A DNA stretch of 64,000 nucleotides from a virus: positions 5,007-69,006 of the IMG/VR virus record IMGVR_UViG_3300043409_000868; one strand, given 5' to 3'. The translations under genes were made by a program, and so were the position numbers. The notes beneath the pieces are model-generated. The model did not search any database and was not told where the DNA came from. It saw only the letters and a list, made by a program, of their open reading frames with translations. Position 1 is the first letter of the stretch; every line of letters begins with the position of its first letter. Positions 23,901 to 29,046 of the stretch are shown piece by piece.

Positions 23901-23910
23901 AATAACCTAA
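11911..23910 (+). CDS. Giant (3999 aa) putative virion-ejected protein: DEDDy 3'-5' exonuclease, single-subunit RNAP-like module, zincin motif and hydrophobic gp16-like C-terminus
   Basis: Exonuclease motifs FDLEW / GHNILGSDSD / YIQGD. Motif A-like WDDVQSGHHH, then DYY, then motif B REFFKGAVIPVFYS. HEISH...EEFLA zincin motif. Confidence 0.7.
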   Translation: MSTKSCDISDFIKNLTEQLNPDGTRKFTDDQIKGKLKVAYKKGYISRAQIIAASGKEDTLISETEFKELETLTDLLVSSNKPLFDVFSPEQAKRLLELTNKAKNSVGYGEEGRLNQSRLQEIINLASERTPETSISILTLVDESIQRAENNGDKKRAAELRDLKVRFQKMNDLSSKLKIDWNAIVKTNKQSDKLTAEYAIVRSILDVGDRETAEKRTVLSQKILAVVDEQKTIIKDTTISEEEKVKPVAKLEAEKQNLVTQLEEITSKKFAVNRKKLEKRLKTITHELRRLQDNAPNSFLNKILVTVSGMDPEFVVTSLRELKERQLKVEDDIKLVEKVIEQYPTDKEFSFPELENLIGDDISTTKSIKSYFYEIDLDADGKPRLDSSLRPMKKRKEKITFSDMKAIVDIWKTIKRNNSYDSTITNVEANMIRNALLSGDQKLVSEVDPADPLPISRTNAERITLKVGKQYDPRKLEDRVSAIKDLHVALKRLSYISSLANNSGVISSGMLVGVLGSNAQSLSHKFDSALADDSELSNPYIPEGETTNEGRRAVLRGQLTALGYSDSDINAMPEMRNEYHDDFTKILAFDLEWEKGTNNIIAISIVELLNGEPTPVNSRVIYSTAGKDKNFSKEDAEEFLQLIHRYQNEGFKVTGHNILGSDSDVQKLVSVSKNTKLGMSIALRSLDTMLLAFRNGDKTSFSRNFGPSLDNLAKAFKVGSKAGTGITGESAHGVWKSGDYSKFEEYIQGDSILAARILQEMSKNEGKDIKVMNSRKQEQTLHIHETVPIWYDTGKPEMGRNQRYTGVNVLYDIQSFNNLRENAQQTIYDNTLYDIAKVRNVMTNMVLGLMRTNNAKDIDTLFSAINASETDALENIDMVMSISRVNHEAYLPILQQVRNSNGNRFLSNAAREENGDISYTYCDNGTDYENQVIEEIFNTLSAYNRKAEKTITRFAELVGFRGIGETENLIDFTKALFSFSAQKFNNKESIKIQDFGNGIFDYVSAVQLGRGFSQIMLGHVEEGLTLSQNIKTPVEEIDRIREVAKIDGEEIAGEDSRNLVEKREYLPITRQNVSYFAPLSMYEQERAYNDFALRERFHYILNKDITDDDVREFEKWVGTNKIVEFKNNIKDRLRLHKLFREGLIKTVNDVKLFMYDLGIESFTGYDPISIILNKDLSKDEKVKLFYDGASFAKNELATYMKELDRTRLEQGRVQNYNILMIANNRDIYNRIPTLEEVKEMSLEVALDLPQMVATWVHDSHNTRPEERRHLEEKNYWEMSELSSGGPTGAALLSGIYPQIAWYMSHPEITSDPKAMEQLVYKSLQNGIAGGSRFSRSSYWDDVQSGHHHIVALQWAYFPDESHVQEGGLLQILDNIKTGNVGRSDLKDYYNETANEFAKALGELTNAAIMRGGSDSSTNPELAQIERINNALNRSNESREFFKGAVIPVFYSAGFNGVLKGLRDKQKKMPGDPISELNDEDIQFIAAKLTVTGAIGTGRLIDTILGMDTEKSREIIKLFGEGTKRLTFDMRKRWIDIMNLDKDLKNNYISEDAARAGINLRLRMIAELTLPARYETTRFEREEWIKDRVKLLTEKWNKRIENGMEIIRKSGKKGVEVGSQSERDFHVALAGNESAFKTQMSLMAINQMQNSGLKLNSSDRDILEASVRTGRYIAEGDLMYANNVVFTTVGFGSGSARAQYVGNYLTNLHGSRLSKGNRTVYNDDHSINWDETIKNSAWSLEGNPLTGKPRNEAIAEIDKLAVKHYLLQVATDYAPTMIGYNQENESRSNFFNQWKNRTKQEREYDYMGRMNDVAKLKTLYETEDPTTKRTLTDAEIELSIASNSTPINKRIGTRILAGDFASPHDETVMSMSDAKGLAAFRPRLADDAFDDRIVHGLYSIYQGTKQLNLGVGRFRSAVQKLKEDNTTPESILDMENSRATQYDPEELGVYFPEIDSSLTQEIFGQRPTFNQKLNKMRFLLDTFGMQHGLQELVKAKEYTRLYQIYKVRQAMKKFALLLGESKDSKWDMRFLHRHFIQQVFRITKAQRDASNSSRNLLNFLKSIGIDPSLFKDGFGNNLHWIDTLGILADMGIEELSTLKFGMSPVEMLTTSTTETPSILKSGSTIVMPNVIQGEDVSVIIQSIWADVRVQQKATEYADRLVSEGTLSSYEKDPTGKYILLAAVPKDIQVQIAQTIFTDDELIMDVAENLGLHVTLEFVAGENMLRLQGSKLHASSLGAYVVPRRGLGFPSANRTVLGERDVKTYLTPEAVKSILYSAKNAKFFSRLETAVQVDKYLGQTTIVDRLRQQQYGEYLDRHLEQIAEETELLEALEEGKLQKLRTERMRDELGVELNLYDAEAYFTSEDEITGLTPFKNAMSLDMRIAYERAKQYPLLQDEAETLRKLTTKVEHEKLFLQISFITFLRNNVSGKELTDPQLRMLVNEHFGSELTNSEFESLMKNANEITEIIDRINFSPFKGKNPYLAQAVKHRQMLLYDPDVLNVTSGYRSQNDIINFMEEFDIPSKDYEIAAQAVIEAYAITNRSVGNAETYLTIPSSDLVNIASDPDEFARVFPSGSHINSQLSKLVKDGVIDGETEIFYRLLIGKILKHNPNLAKFLSIECDDLSTSRSAEAVKEDDRFIIKLNTKLLKNMGRIDQTRVFAHEISHIARLAFIADNSPEWRKVESLFRSKKGRDSIPTMLLIMNNNSKYEGFDQDVKYYTENVEEFLAQWGSWILLEKVFNNPAVMQAIQSRSTAALFASNAYKSSFYRMRDEVLSITTGLAEVDEGVLSSILDITESMFGFTSSVERTIHVTNANQKLGMISSFDTPLSSREGEVDKLSSLQNKVNVSGISSLTVIEQAEYKILTNKYSVSPLKNLDIVTYKKLRSTRESRQGTSLALPHVRSSSGKFLSTLDDLKTPEKLELANTIILESIKRGGKLARNLGTVGGLAREQSEKMFGKKATEMFLVSRYLLGTWDLTQASKTHQSQNIVVASLMHIIGETFNNTENQYQQQTGARSIRENRAYSQQWIDRVSYEVGQLRIETTDDEFKTLLKYAQEVATGMGPVDPPGISAEKIDQAKKVGKTTLKNSRQLRFFIYGKLAKLFEEIPVQLDKSLFGSRQISSDPNKQLGFEKNRQDLIDATAKQIIENVETGSINGALFYASGLGPKINRYYGYDDKTDSIDPEFITEMKRVQNSNPATFRMISEIAVRQLANRDNLTEAEAYRKLNQSISDGSFLINGSPTMHKIWHESALKFYSLISTYKHISHVNDGINKIAKSNTFSTISLKYLGEWADEINITINSNDEIRTAGPLFVPNGNQFLPDGVSSVTKKSTMLLTGQKQTKIADIMAGLFWSEMGEQPDYLRTNEIITGAHMRQNEDISKFLQNRLDSVLADVERSKGFRAASRIAIQDITGITGYDIYDLISLFKQISDNFEPKERTELLDSLKVIEQKLQIEQGMSARGLNDEDDLYTNFFLKWGPDVTRLAYGSNLNTASLVMEGALGALITTRYGGNPVTFFTDLFGSVFGNLPKALFGGSTYNPRGVAVNMMRGLEHSTRNAREVATQQTNYVADGASRWERYKAMMSRVNNSIFNGIAEGMTNQAQNIIIDHLNNGNLFKIRDMLGKETLNNMDELKAALNKYNIIGILPHMVFELKQAGIFEPKILEAYQYMLNNVKSKKINNGTLDFIAANEWNETQKWNILLTHKLGFDRNTAYRAVASMYEATKNFRNIVLVENNPWDSNTHSGGLRFLMSFYRQYPNLFFSQKVMRLANKVDTGTFAAMLISTTILDLLYNALLLVALGAIPLAALYPFSDEFLFKKNPLAATRLILGRNPIFGLTGNLIFGALTTGYQNYLSINNAYARKNRFQALKKSIKTGIDQTDLSIVPQQAAETLIKDPITMIILGLIAGGNINEKETYDMQNAAINTGSRVLPIFGEMVVRIGATRVLIGENPNLKKRSKVSPGIKPNTKPKGPIQGLQAPKISSASTNPLTPPDSLIT

Positions 23911-24005
23911 GTAAATCGACTTAGGGGTCAGAAATTTTCGTGGGGGTCGGTAGCTTTAGCTAAAATAGCTTTACCCCCCGTACCCCCACCAACGAAAGGT
24001 CAGGT

Positions 24006-24116
24006 ATGAAAATTTTCTTGCTGATCAATACGTTCATGGTGGCACACAAGAACTATATTGCCTTCATTGGCAGTATACTTTGTGTGTCAGCATGGATCGT
24101 AAAGATCTATGGTTGA
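24006..24116 (+). CDS. Small hydrophobic early peptide (36 aa)
   Basis: MKIFLLINTFMVAHKNYIAFIGSILCVSAWIVKIYG. GAAAGGT upstream and a hairpin downstream. Confidence 0.45.
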   Translation: MKIFLLINTFMVAHKNYIAFIGSILCVSAWIVKIYG

Positions 24117-24151
24117 CAGCCAATCCCTCATGCTTTCGTAAGAGAGCATGA

Positions 24152-24197
24152 GGATGTTAGCTGTCGCTAACAAACGTACCTATGCGTTACATAGGAT
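24152..24197 (+). repeat. 46-nt intergenic direct repeat A, copy 1 (two hairpins)
   Basis: GGATGTTAGCTGT(C/T)GCTAACAAACGTACCTATGCGTTACATAGGAT, repeated at 24361-24406. Confidence 0.9.
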
Positions 24198-24211
24198 ACA
24201 GGAGATATGCC

Positions 24212-24328
24212 ATGACTTGGCTTATCTGTATCATCGGTGGACTCCTTATTGGAGTCTTATGTAGTCTCGCCTCTATCTTCAGCCGCTGGGCTGAAGAAGC
24301 CAGGAAGGCAGGTGCATACAAGAGATAA
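24212..24328 (+). CDS. Small membrane peptide (38 aa)
   Basis: AGGAG SD. MTWLICIIGGLLIGVLCSLASIFSRWAEEARKAGAYKR. Confidence 0.6.
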   Translation: MTWLICIIGGLLIGVLCSLASIFSRWAEEARKAGAYKR

Positions 24329-24360
24329 CACTCCGCCCCTTTGCTACGGCAAGGGGGCGG

Positions 24361-24406
24361 GGATGTTAGCTGTTGCTAACAAACGTACCTATGCGTTACA
24401 TAGGAT
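24361..24406 (+). repeat. 46-nt intergenic direct repeat A, copy 2
   Basis: One mismatch to copy 1. Confidence 0.9.
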
Positions 24407-24432
24407 TTTATAGTCTGAAAGGACTAGACAGT

Positions 24433-24681
24433 ATGAGCAAGACGAAGAAGAAGCTGATGATGAATATCATCGTCTGGTGGGTTATCCTGGTAGGAGGAAC
24501 ATGCGTTCTTTCGTACTTGACCTTTGTCATTGGGAAGTACGTGATGTGTGAGGCAACTCACCCAGCGGAGTGGATGTTGGTTGGGCTGTGTGTTGGTCTT
24601 CCGATCATGGGTGTGTACTTTCTTATTTGCATTGCAGATGAGATCAAGTCAGACATGATTCGTTTCCGCTTTATGAAGTAA
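24433..24681 (+). CDS. Small 2-TM membrane protein
   Basis: AAGGA SD and two hydrophobic helices. Confidence 0.65.
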   Translation: MSKTKKKLMMNIIVWWVILVGGTCVLSYLTFVIGKYVMCEATHPAEWMLVGLCVGLPIMGVYFLICIADEIKSDMIRFRFMK

Positions 24682-24734
24682 GTAGCTAAGAGGCTACCCA
24701 AGCTCCCTAGGGAAACCTAGGGAGCGAAGGGCTG
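24682..24734 (+). repeat. 53-nt intergenic direct repeat B, copy 1 (GAAA-tetraloop hairpin)
   Basis: GTAGCTAAGAGGCTACCCAAGCTCCCTAGGGAAACCTAGGGAGCGAAGGGCTG, repeated at 24967-25019. Confidence 0.9.
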
Positions 24735-24791
24735 TATCTTAACAGCACATGTGTACCTATGCACTACATAGGATATTTCAAGGAGATCCAA

Positions 24792-24974
24792 ATGGATCAG
24801 CCTAAGAAAACCACAACAAGGTATATTGTTGTGGACAACGTGTTTGGTGTGGATCTTGTTATCCATACCAATTTGAAAGAGGCCAACATTGATGCTGGCC
24901 TTTATCCTCAAACCCATATTGTTGTAGAAGTTACAACAGAATGGGAGAACGTTAAGACAATCTCTCGTAGCTAA
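24792..24974 (+). CDS. Small hypothetical early protein
   Basis: AAGGAG SD, flanked by the two repeat B copies. Confidence 0.6.
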   Translation: MDQPKKTTTRYIVVDNVFGVDLVIHTNLKEANIDAGLYPQTHIVVEVTTEWENVKTISRS

Positions 24975-25019
24975 GAAGCTACCCAAGCTCCCTAGGGAAA
25001 CCTAGGAAGCGAAGGGCTG
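24967..25019 (+). repeat. 53-nt intergenic direct repeat B, copy 2
   Basis: Two mismatches to copy 1. Confidence 0.9.
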
Positions 25020-25104
25020 CGTCGTAGCAGCAAACCCCTAAGGCATTGGGGGTGCCCTATTGAGGGCCTACTCATAACAGTGGCATAGCCACAAGGAGAG
25101 TTCA

Positions 25105-26928
25105 ATGCCCGTTTCTCTTGCTGGTCTTCCGACCAGCGAAAAGGTTAGTAAGTTTGTCCATGACTTGCTTGTCAAGTCTGGCGAACTGTCTAACCAGCCA
25201 TCCTTTGAGATGGCGATCAAGGTGGTGTGGGAGGACATCGTTGTCCCTGCACTGGACGCGGGTGACTTGGAAGTGATCCAAGTCGGCGACGAGAAGTGGA
25301 TTCGGAATACTTCGTCTAAAATGACGAAGGACAACCGAATCTGTTTGTCTCCGAGAACAATGCGGCACAACTGGGGCAGCAGCAAGATGAATCTTGAGTT
25401 GCCTCCGCGATACGCAGAAGAGCAGGAGACTCGCGCCAGTGTTCGCCTGACGATTAATCGCCCTATGTTGGCGATCATTCAGAAGGCGGCATTGGTTCCA
25501 GAGGTCGTCAAGAAGATCGGACAAGATCCTGCCGTTAATTTGGCAACGATGTTTGTGCGCAACGCAGACAAGGGTGGACAACCATTCTTTTACGTTGCAC
25601 CCTTCTTTGACAGCGTTGGACGCGAGTATGGGGAGGGTCTTTTGAGTTACACAGGTAACCAAATGGTCCGAAATCTCATTGAGTTTTACGACTCAGTGGA
25701 TTATAACCCCATCTTCGTGAAGGAGTTCATTGAACCCCTGGTCTACGAGTCCAGCGGCGTGAAGTTTGAGAACTTCCGTGAAGTGCTGGATCGGTGGGAG
25801 GACATCCTCCTCGACAAGTGGGCGTTCAAGAATCCGTGGCACACGCTTCGTATGGCGGTCTTCTACAACGAAGTCGTTACTCAGGGGTACTCTGGTGCCC
25901 ATCTTGAGTACGACTTTCGTACCAGTGGTCCGTTGATGCTTGGGCTTCTCTCGCGCGACCGAAACATGATGGCCGACACCAATATGTTCGGTGTCGATAA
26001 CCGTGATTGCCGCAACACTGTGGCAAGCTTGGTTGTTGTTCCTGCTGCTCTCAAGCAGTGGGAAGATCGCCTCAAGTCCAAGGATGTTGCCAAGCCTTTC
26101 GTGACTCAGACCACATACGGTCAAGGTCCGAAGGGTGCGGTGGCTGGCCTCTTCTGGAAGGATGCCAAGAAGGCTCCTGGGATGTGGCTCAACGGACTGG
26201 GAATGCCGCAAGAGGCATTTTTGGATGCTGTTCTCAAGCAGCAGCCAAACCTCTTCAACCCAGACTGGATCGAAATCATCCAATCTTTGGGTTGGATGAG
26301 TGCGTATTCAGCTTTCCACGACCTGTCTTCCTCTTACTACAATTCCTTCTGGGGTGCTTACAAGCACCTCAAGGGGTATTGTTTGAAGGTAGAGAAGGCA
26401 GGAATGGCCCAGATGGCAAGCACGGGCTGCAAGCCAGAGTTCACCAACATTGCTGGGTGGCGTTATTGCCACCACAAGTGGGAAGTGGAAGCAGGGGGAA
26501 AGGTGGTTCGTTTGCGTTATAACGGACCAGGTTGCTGGAAGGACTTTCCACGGGGGTTTGAAGTGTCAATCGGCAGCATGATTGACACGGCAGACCTCTA
26601 CAGTTTGGTTGTTAGGATGACACACCAAGCCGATGCGTGGATTCGCAACGATTCTCACTTCGCTATCCGCAAGGACCAGATGCGGTACTGGGGGCGATAC
26701 GTCGGACACATGGCAGTGCATGACGCACTCATCGTGCCAGTACGGCAGGGGGTGGGTTTCCACAAGGTGGTGAGGCCAGTCCTCCACCGCTTCGTGGAGA
26801 ATTACGTCCCGAGTGTGGACAAGTTCCTGAAGGACAATGGTCAGGAGCCGCCAACGGCCCTGAACAAGTCTCAGCAGGAACTCGTTCACTGGAGCATCGC
26901 CAACAACAAGAGGTGGCTCAACCTCTAA
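25105..26928 (+). CDS. Second, minimal T7/N4-type single-subunit RNA polymerase (607 aa)
   Basis: FDSVGREY (DxxGR), motif A YDFRTSG, motif B KDVAKPFVTQTTYG, THQADA and motif C AVHDAL, all in T7 order. AAGGAG SD. Confidence 0.8.
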   Translation: MPVSLAGLPTSEKVSKFVHDLLVKSGELSNQPSFEMAIKVVWEDIVVPALDAGDLEVIQVGDEKWIRNTSSKMTKDNRICLSPRTMRHNWGSSKMNLELPPRYAEEQETRASVRLTINRPMLAIIQKAALVPEVVKKIGQDPAVNLATMFVRNADKGGQPFFYVAPFFDSVGREYGEGLLSYTGNQMVRNLIEFYDSVDYNPIFVKEFIEPLVYESSGVKFENFREVLDRWEDILLDKWAFKNPWHTLRMAVFYNEVVTQGYSGAHLEYDFRTSGPLMLGLLSRDRNMMADTNMFGVDNRDCRNTVASLVVVPAALKQWEDRLKSKDVAKPFVTQTTYGQGPKGAVAGLFWKDAKKAPGMWLNGLGMPQEAFLDAVLKQQPNLFNPDWIEIIQSLGWMSAYSAFHDLSSSYYNSFWGAYKHLKGYCLKVEKAGMAQMASTGCKPEFTNIAGWRYCHHKWEVEAGGKVVRLRYNGPGCWKDFPRGFEVSIGSMIDTADLYSLVVRMTHQADAWIRNDSHFAIRKDQMRYWGRYVGHMAVHDALIVPVRQGVGFHKVVRPVLHRFVENYVPSVDKFLKDNGQEPPTALNKSQQELVHWSIANNKRWLNL

Positions 26929-26950
26929 CCTTGATCGCCATCACAACCTC

Positions 26951-26980
26951 GCACTCCCTAGGGGAAACCTTAGGGAGTGC
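26951..26980 (+). other. Strong hairpin (terminator or RNase III-like site)
   Basis: GCACTCCCTAGGG-GAAA-CCTTAGGGAGTGC, related to the repeat B core. No U-tract. Confidence 0.55.
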
Positions 26981-27067
26981 CTTGGGCATTTTGCCCACCT
27001 CGTCTACAGGAGTTCTCTGTAGAAGATACCTGTTTGTCTTAAAAACAGGCTATTAGGAGCATGTCAC

Positions 27068-27475
27068 ATGAGTGACATCAACGTTGGTTCGCGTCAGGTC
27101 ATCCGCAACTCCGAAGGCAAGGTTGTCGGGACTTTCCTCCCGTCAAAGAAACACTTCGGCAAGTTTGCGGTTACCACGTTCCTTCCGTCTGGCGAAGCGC
27201 ACACCACAATCAAGGGAGTATCTGATTGGGTCATGATCACGGAGCGCAACCCAGACTGGACATTCTCTCCGTCTTACTACACCGTTGCGTGTGGTAAGGA
27301 GGGTGATGAGGTGGTGATTGAACTGACGCACAACAGTGTTCCAGAGTGGAACACTACGTTTCGCGTGCCACACGCAATGAACTGGCAGGATTCGTTCCTG
27401 ATCTCGTTCCGCATGGGCATGATGTCTCTGGGTCGTGAGACGCACATCGGCAACTTTGTCGATCTCACGGTCTGA
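27068..27475 (+). CDS. Hypothetical early protein (135 aa)
   Basis: AGGAG SD, GC-rich codon usage like the adjacent RNAP. Confidence 0.7.
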   Translation: MSDINVGSRQVIRNSEGKVVGTFLPSKKHFGKFAVTTFLPSGEAHTTIKGVSDWVMITERNPDWTFSPSYYTVACGKEGDEVVIELTHNSVPEWNTTFRVPHAMNWQDSFLISFRMGMMSLGRETHIGNFVDLTV

Positions 27476-27638
27476 GAGACAAGTAAAACAAGTACGGAGC
27501 AACCCCCCTTGGGCAACCAAGGGGGCCTCTCCCTATTTGTTCTAGGTAATATGAGTTATTATATACTCTAGACTATTTGTAACCATAGACTATGGAGTAG
27601 TTATAGACTATAGGCATATCATTATACCCAGGTCAGTA

Positions 27639-27682
27639 CCATACCATACCCATACCATACCCATACCATACCCATACCATAC
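27639..27682. repeat. (CCATACCATAC)x4 tandem repeat
   Basis: Four exact 11-nt units in a non-coding region. Confidence 0.95.
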
Positions 27683-27820
27683 CCCTACCCAGCTTATAGA
27701 ATGCCGTAGCGGTCATCCTAGGGCCATTTCCTGCCATTCTACAAGGTATATCCAGCAGCTATCTATAAAAAATGCGTATAACTGTGGAATGCCCTGCTAA
27801 TTTCCCATATTATACTTATT

Positions 27821-27847
27821 TATCGTCCCCTTCGGGGACCGTGGTGG
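27821..27847 (+). promoter_or_regulatory. Candidate phage promoter, hairpin motif copy 1
   Basis: TATCGTCCCC-TTC-GGGGACCGTGGTGG. Confidence 0.7.
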
Positions 27848-27928
27848 AAATTGAGTAGTACTCAAGCCCAGATATAATATAGATCAGAGCGTAAACTATC
27901 TATAGATATATCTGAATTAGGAGACAAC

Positions 27929-28192
27929 ATGTCTGATCCCAATACGCCTGACATCTCCGTTGATCCCATCGCAGCTGTTTTTCCTGTTGATCCCGTTGCT
28001 ACAATGCTTCGGACTGGCCAAATTCTCATCACTCTCAAAGGTGAGTCAAATTGGCCTGGGAATTACAAGAACCTGAATGACCGTCAAATCATGAATTTGA
28101 TCAAGATGGTTCAAGAAGGTCGAGCTAACAAGCCAGAGACGGTCAAGGCTATCCTGCGGGAAGCGTTGGATCGTCAACTCATCTCGCCATGA
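27929..28192 (+). CDS. Hypothetical protein (87 aa)
   Basis: AGGAG SD, located between motif copies 1 and 2. Confidence 0.7.
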   Translation: MSDPNTPDISVDPIAAVFPVDPVATMLRTGQILITLKGESNWPGNYKNLNDRQIMNLIKMVQEGRANKPETVKAILREALDRQLISP

Positions 28193-28193
28193 G

Positions 28194-28220
28194 TATCGTC
28201 CCCTAAGGGGACCGTGGTGG
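28194..28220 (+). promoter_or_regulatory. Candidate phage promoter, hairpin motif copy 2
   Basis: TATCGTCCCC-TAA-GGGGACCGTGGTGG. Confidence 0.7.
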
Positions 28221-28250
28221 TCTATAGGGAAACCTATAGATCATCTTTCA

Positions 28251-28336
28251 GGTCTATCAAGAGCCTATACATAAATCTTGGTGCAAACATCAACTAGGTA
28301 GCCAATCTGGAGGCTAAGTAGTGCTCTTAATGATGT
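28251..28336 (+). ncRNA. Hatchet-like ribozyme candidate
   Basis: UC|U, P1 TATCAAGA/TCTTGGTG, CAA linker, P2 ACATCA/TGATGT, P3 ACTA/TAGT, P4 TAGCC/GGCTA and 3' TAGTGC..TTAA. Lacks the G-rich strand expected between P2 and P3. Confidence 0.35.
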
Positions 28337-28365
28337 AGCTTATAGTGTAGCTTACTATAAGTATT

Positions 28366-28458
28366 CACCTAAGCATGTGTTTAAACTGCTTACGCTGTCC
28401 AAGAACGGTAGTCATAAGTTTCTTGGTATTCACCTAAGCAATGTGCCTAAACTGCTTA
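28366..28458 (+). repeat. Two tandem copies of a compact pseudoknot motif (further copies at 28880-28905 and 28964-28991)
   Basis: CAC-CTAAGCA-(A)TGTG-NNTAAAC-TGCTTA. Confidence 0.75.
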
Positions 28459-28576
28459 CTTTGTTAACTACTGGCTGTGCCAGAGTTTGGTACCACAATG
28501 TCCGCCAAAAACCTATAATAGGGCGGTATAAAAATACTATACCATTACGGTACATAGGTAAATTGCGTATACCGCG

Positions 28577-28647
28577 ACTCAACTAGATGAGTATAAATAG
28601 GGTTTAAGTCTAGTGCGCCCCCTTCCATTTTACGATGGGGGGTACCC
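28577..28647 (+). ncRNA. Pistol self-cleaving ribozyme
   Basis: P1 ACTCA/TGAGT, loop ACTAGA pairing with TCTAGT, ATAAAT linker, P2 GGGT/ACCC, TTAAG, GCG, P3 CCCCC/GGGGG. GU cleavage site at 28642-28643. Confidence 0.85.
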
Positions 28648-29046
28648 AGCGAGGGTAACAATAATTGAATCATACCTCAACTCTTCTGTTGACATCCATT
28701 CAATTTTAGAAGTATTGTTATCTAGACTAAACAGCAATTGTTAAGTTTGCCGAGTCACACAATTGCTGGGATCAATAAACTCGGATCTTCCTACACAAAG
28801 GGGCACCTTTGTATAGGAGTTTACCGCAAGCAACCTAGCCCATAGGCGGTATATAAATAGTGGGACATTATACTGTGTAGACCTAAGCATGTCAAAAAAA
28901 GGCTTTGGATTTAGGGTATGATAAGACTATCCTAGCATATCACCTAAGGTATGTATAACTTTCACACCTGAATATGTGTTTAAACTATTTACAGATTACA
29001 ATACACCTAGGCGTACTAGGTATTACTTTATTGGAGATATATTTAA

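Noticed and set aside
24682-24734. Twister ribozyme (CCCAAGC ... GAAGGG resemble twister conserved segments)
   Set aside because: The GC of CCCAAGC is sequestered in a simple long hairpin, and there is no UAA-P2 junction in the required position.
24152-25019. CRISPR array
   Set aside because: There are only two copies of each repeat, the intervals are 160-230 nt and encode ORFs, and there are no cas genes.
25102-26889. Long minus-strand and alternate-frame ORFs over the 607 aa RNAP
   Set aside because: These are shadow ORFs expected from GC-rich codon usage, with no SD or motifs.
28377-28586. 69 aa ORF in the ncRNA array
   Set aside because: It has a GTG start without SD, runs through repeated RNA motifs and into the pistol ribozyme, and has no protein features.
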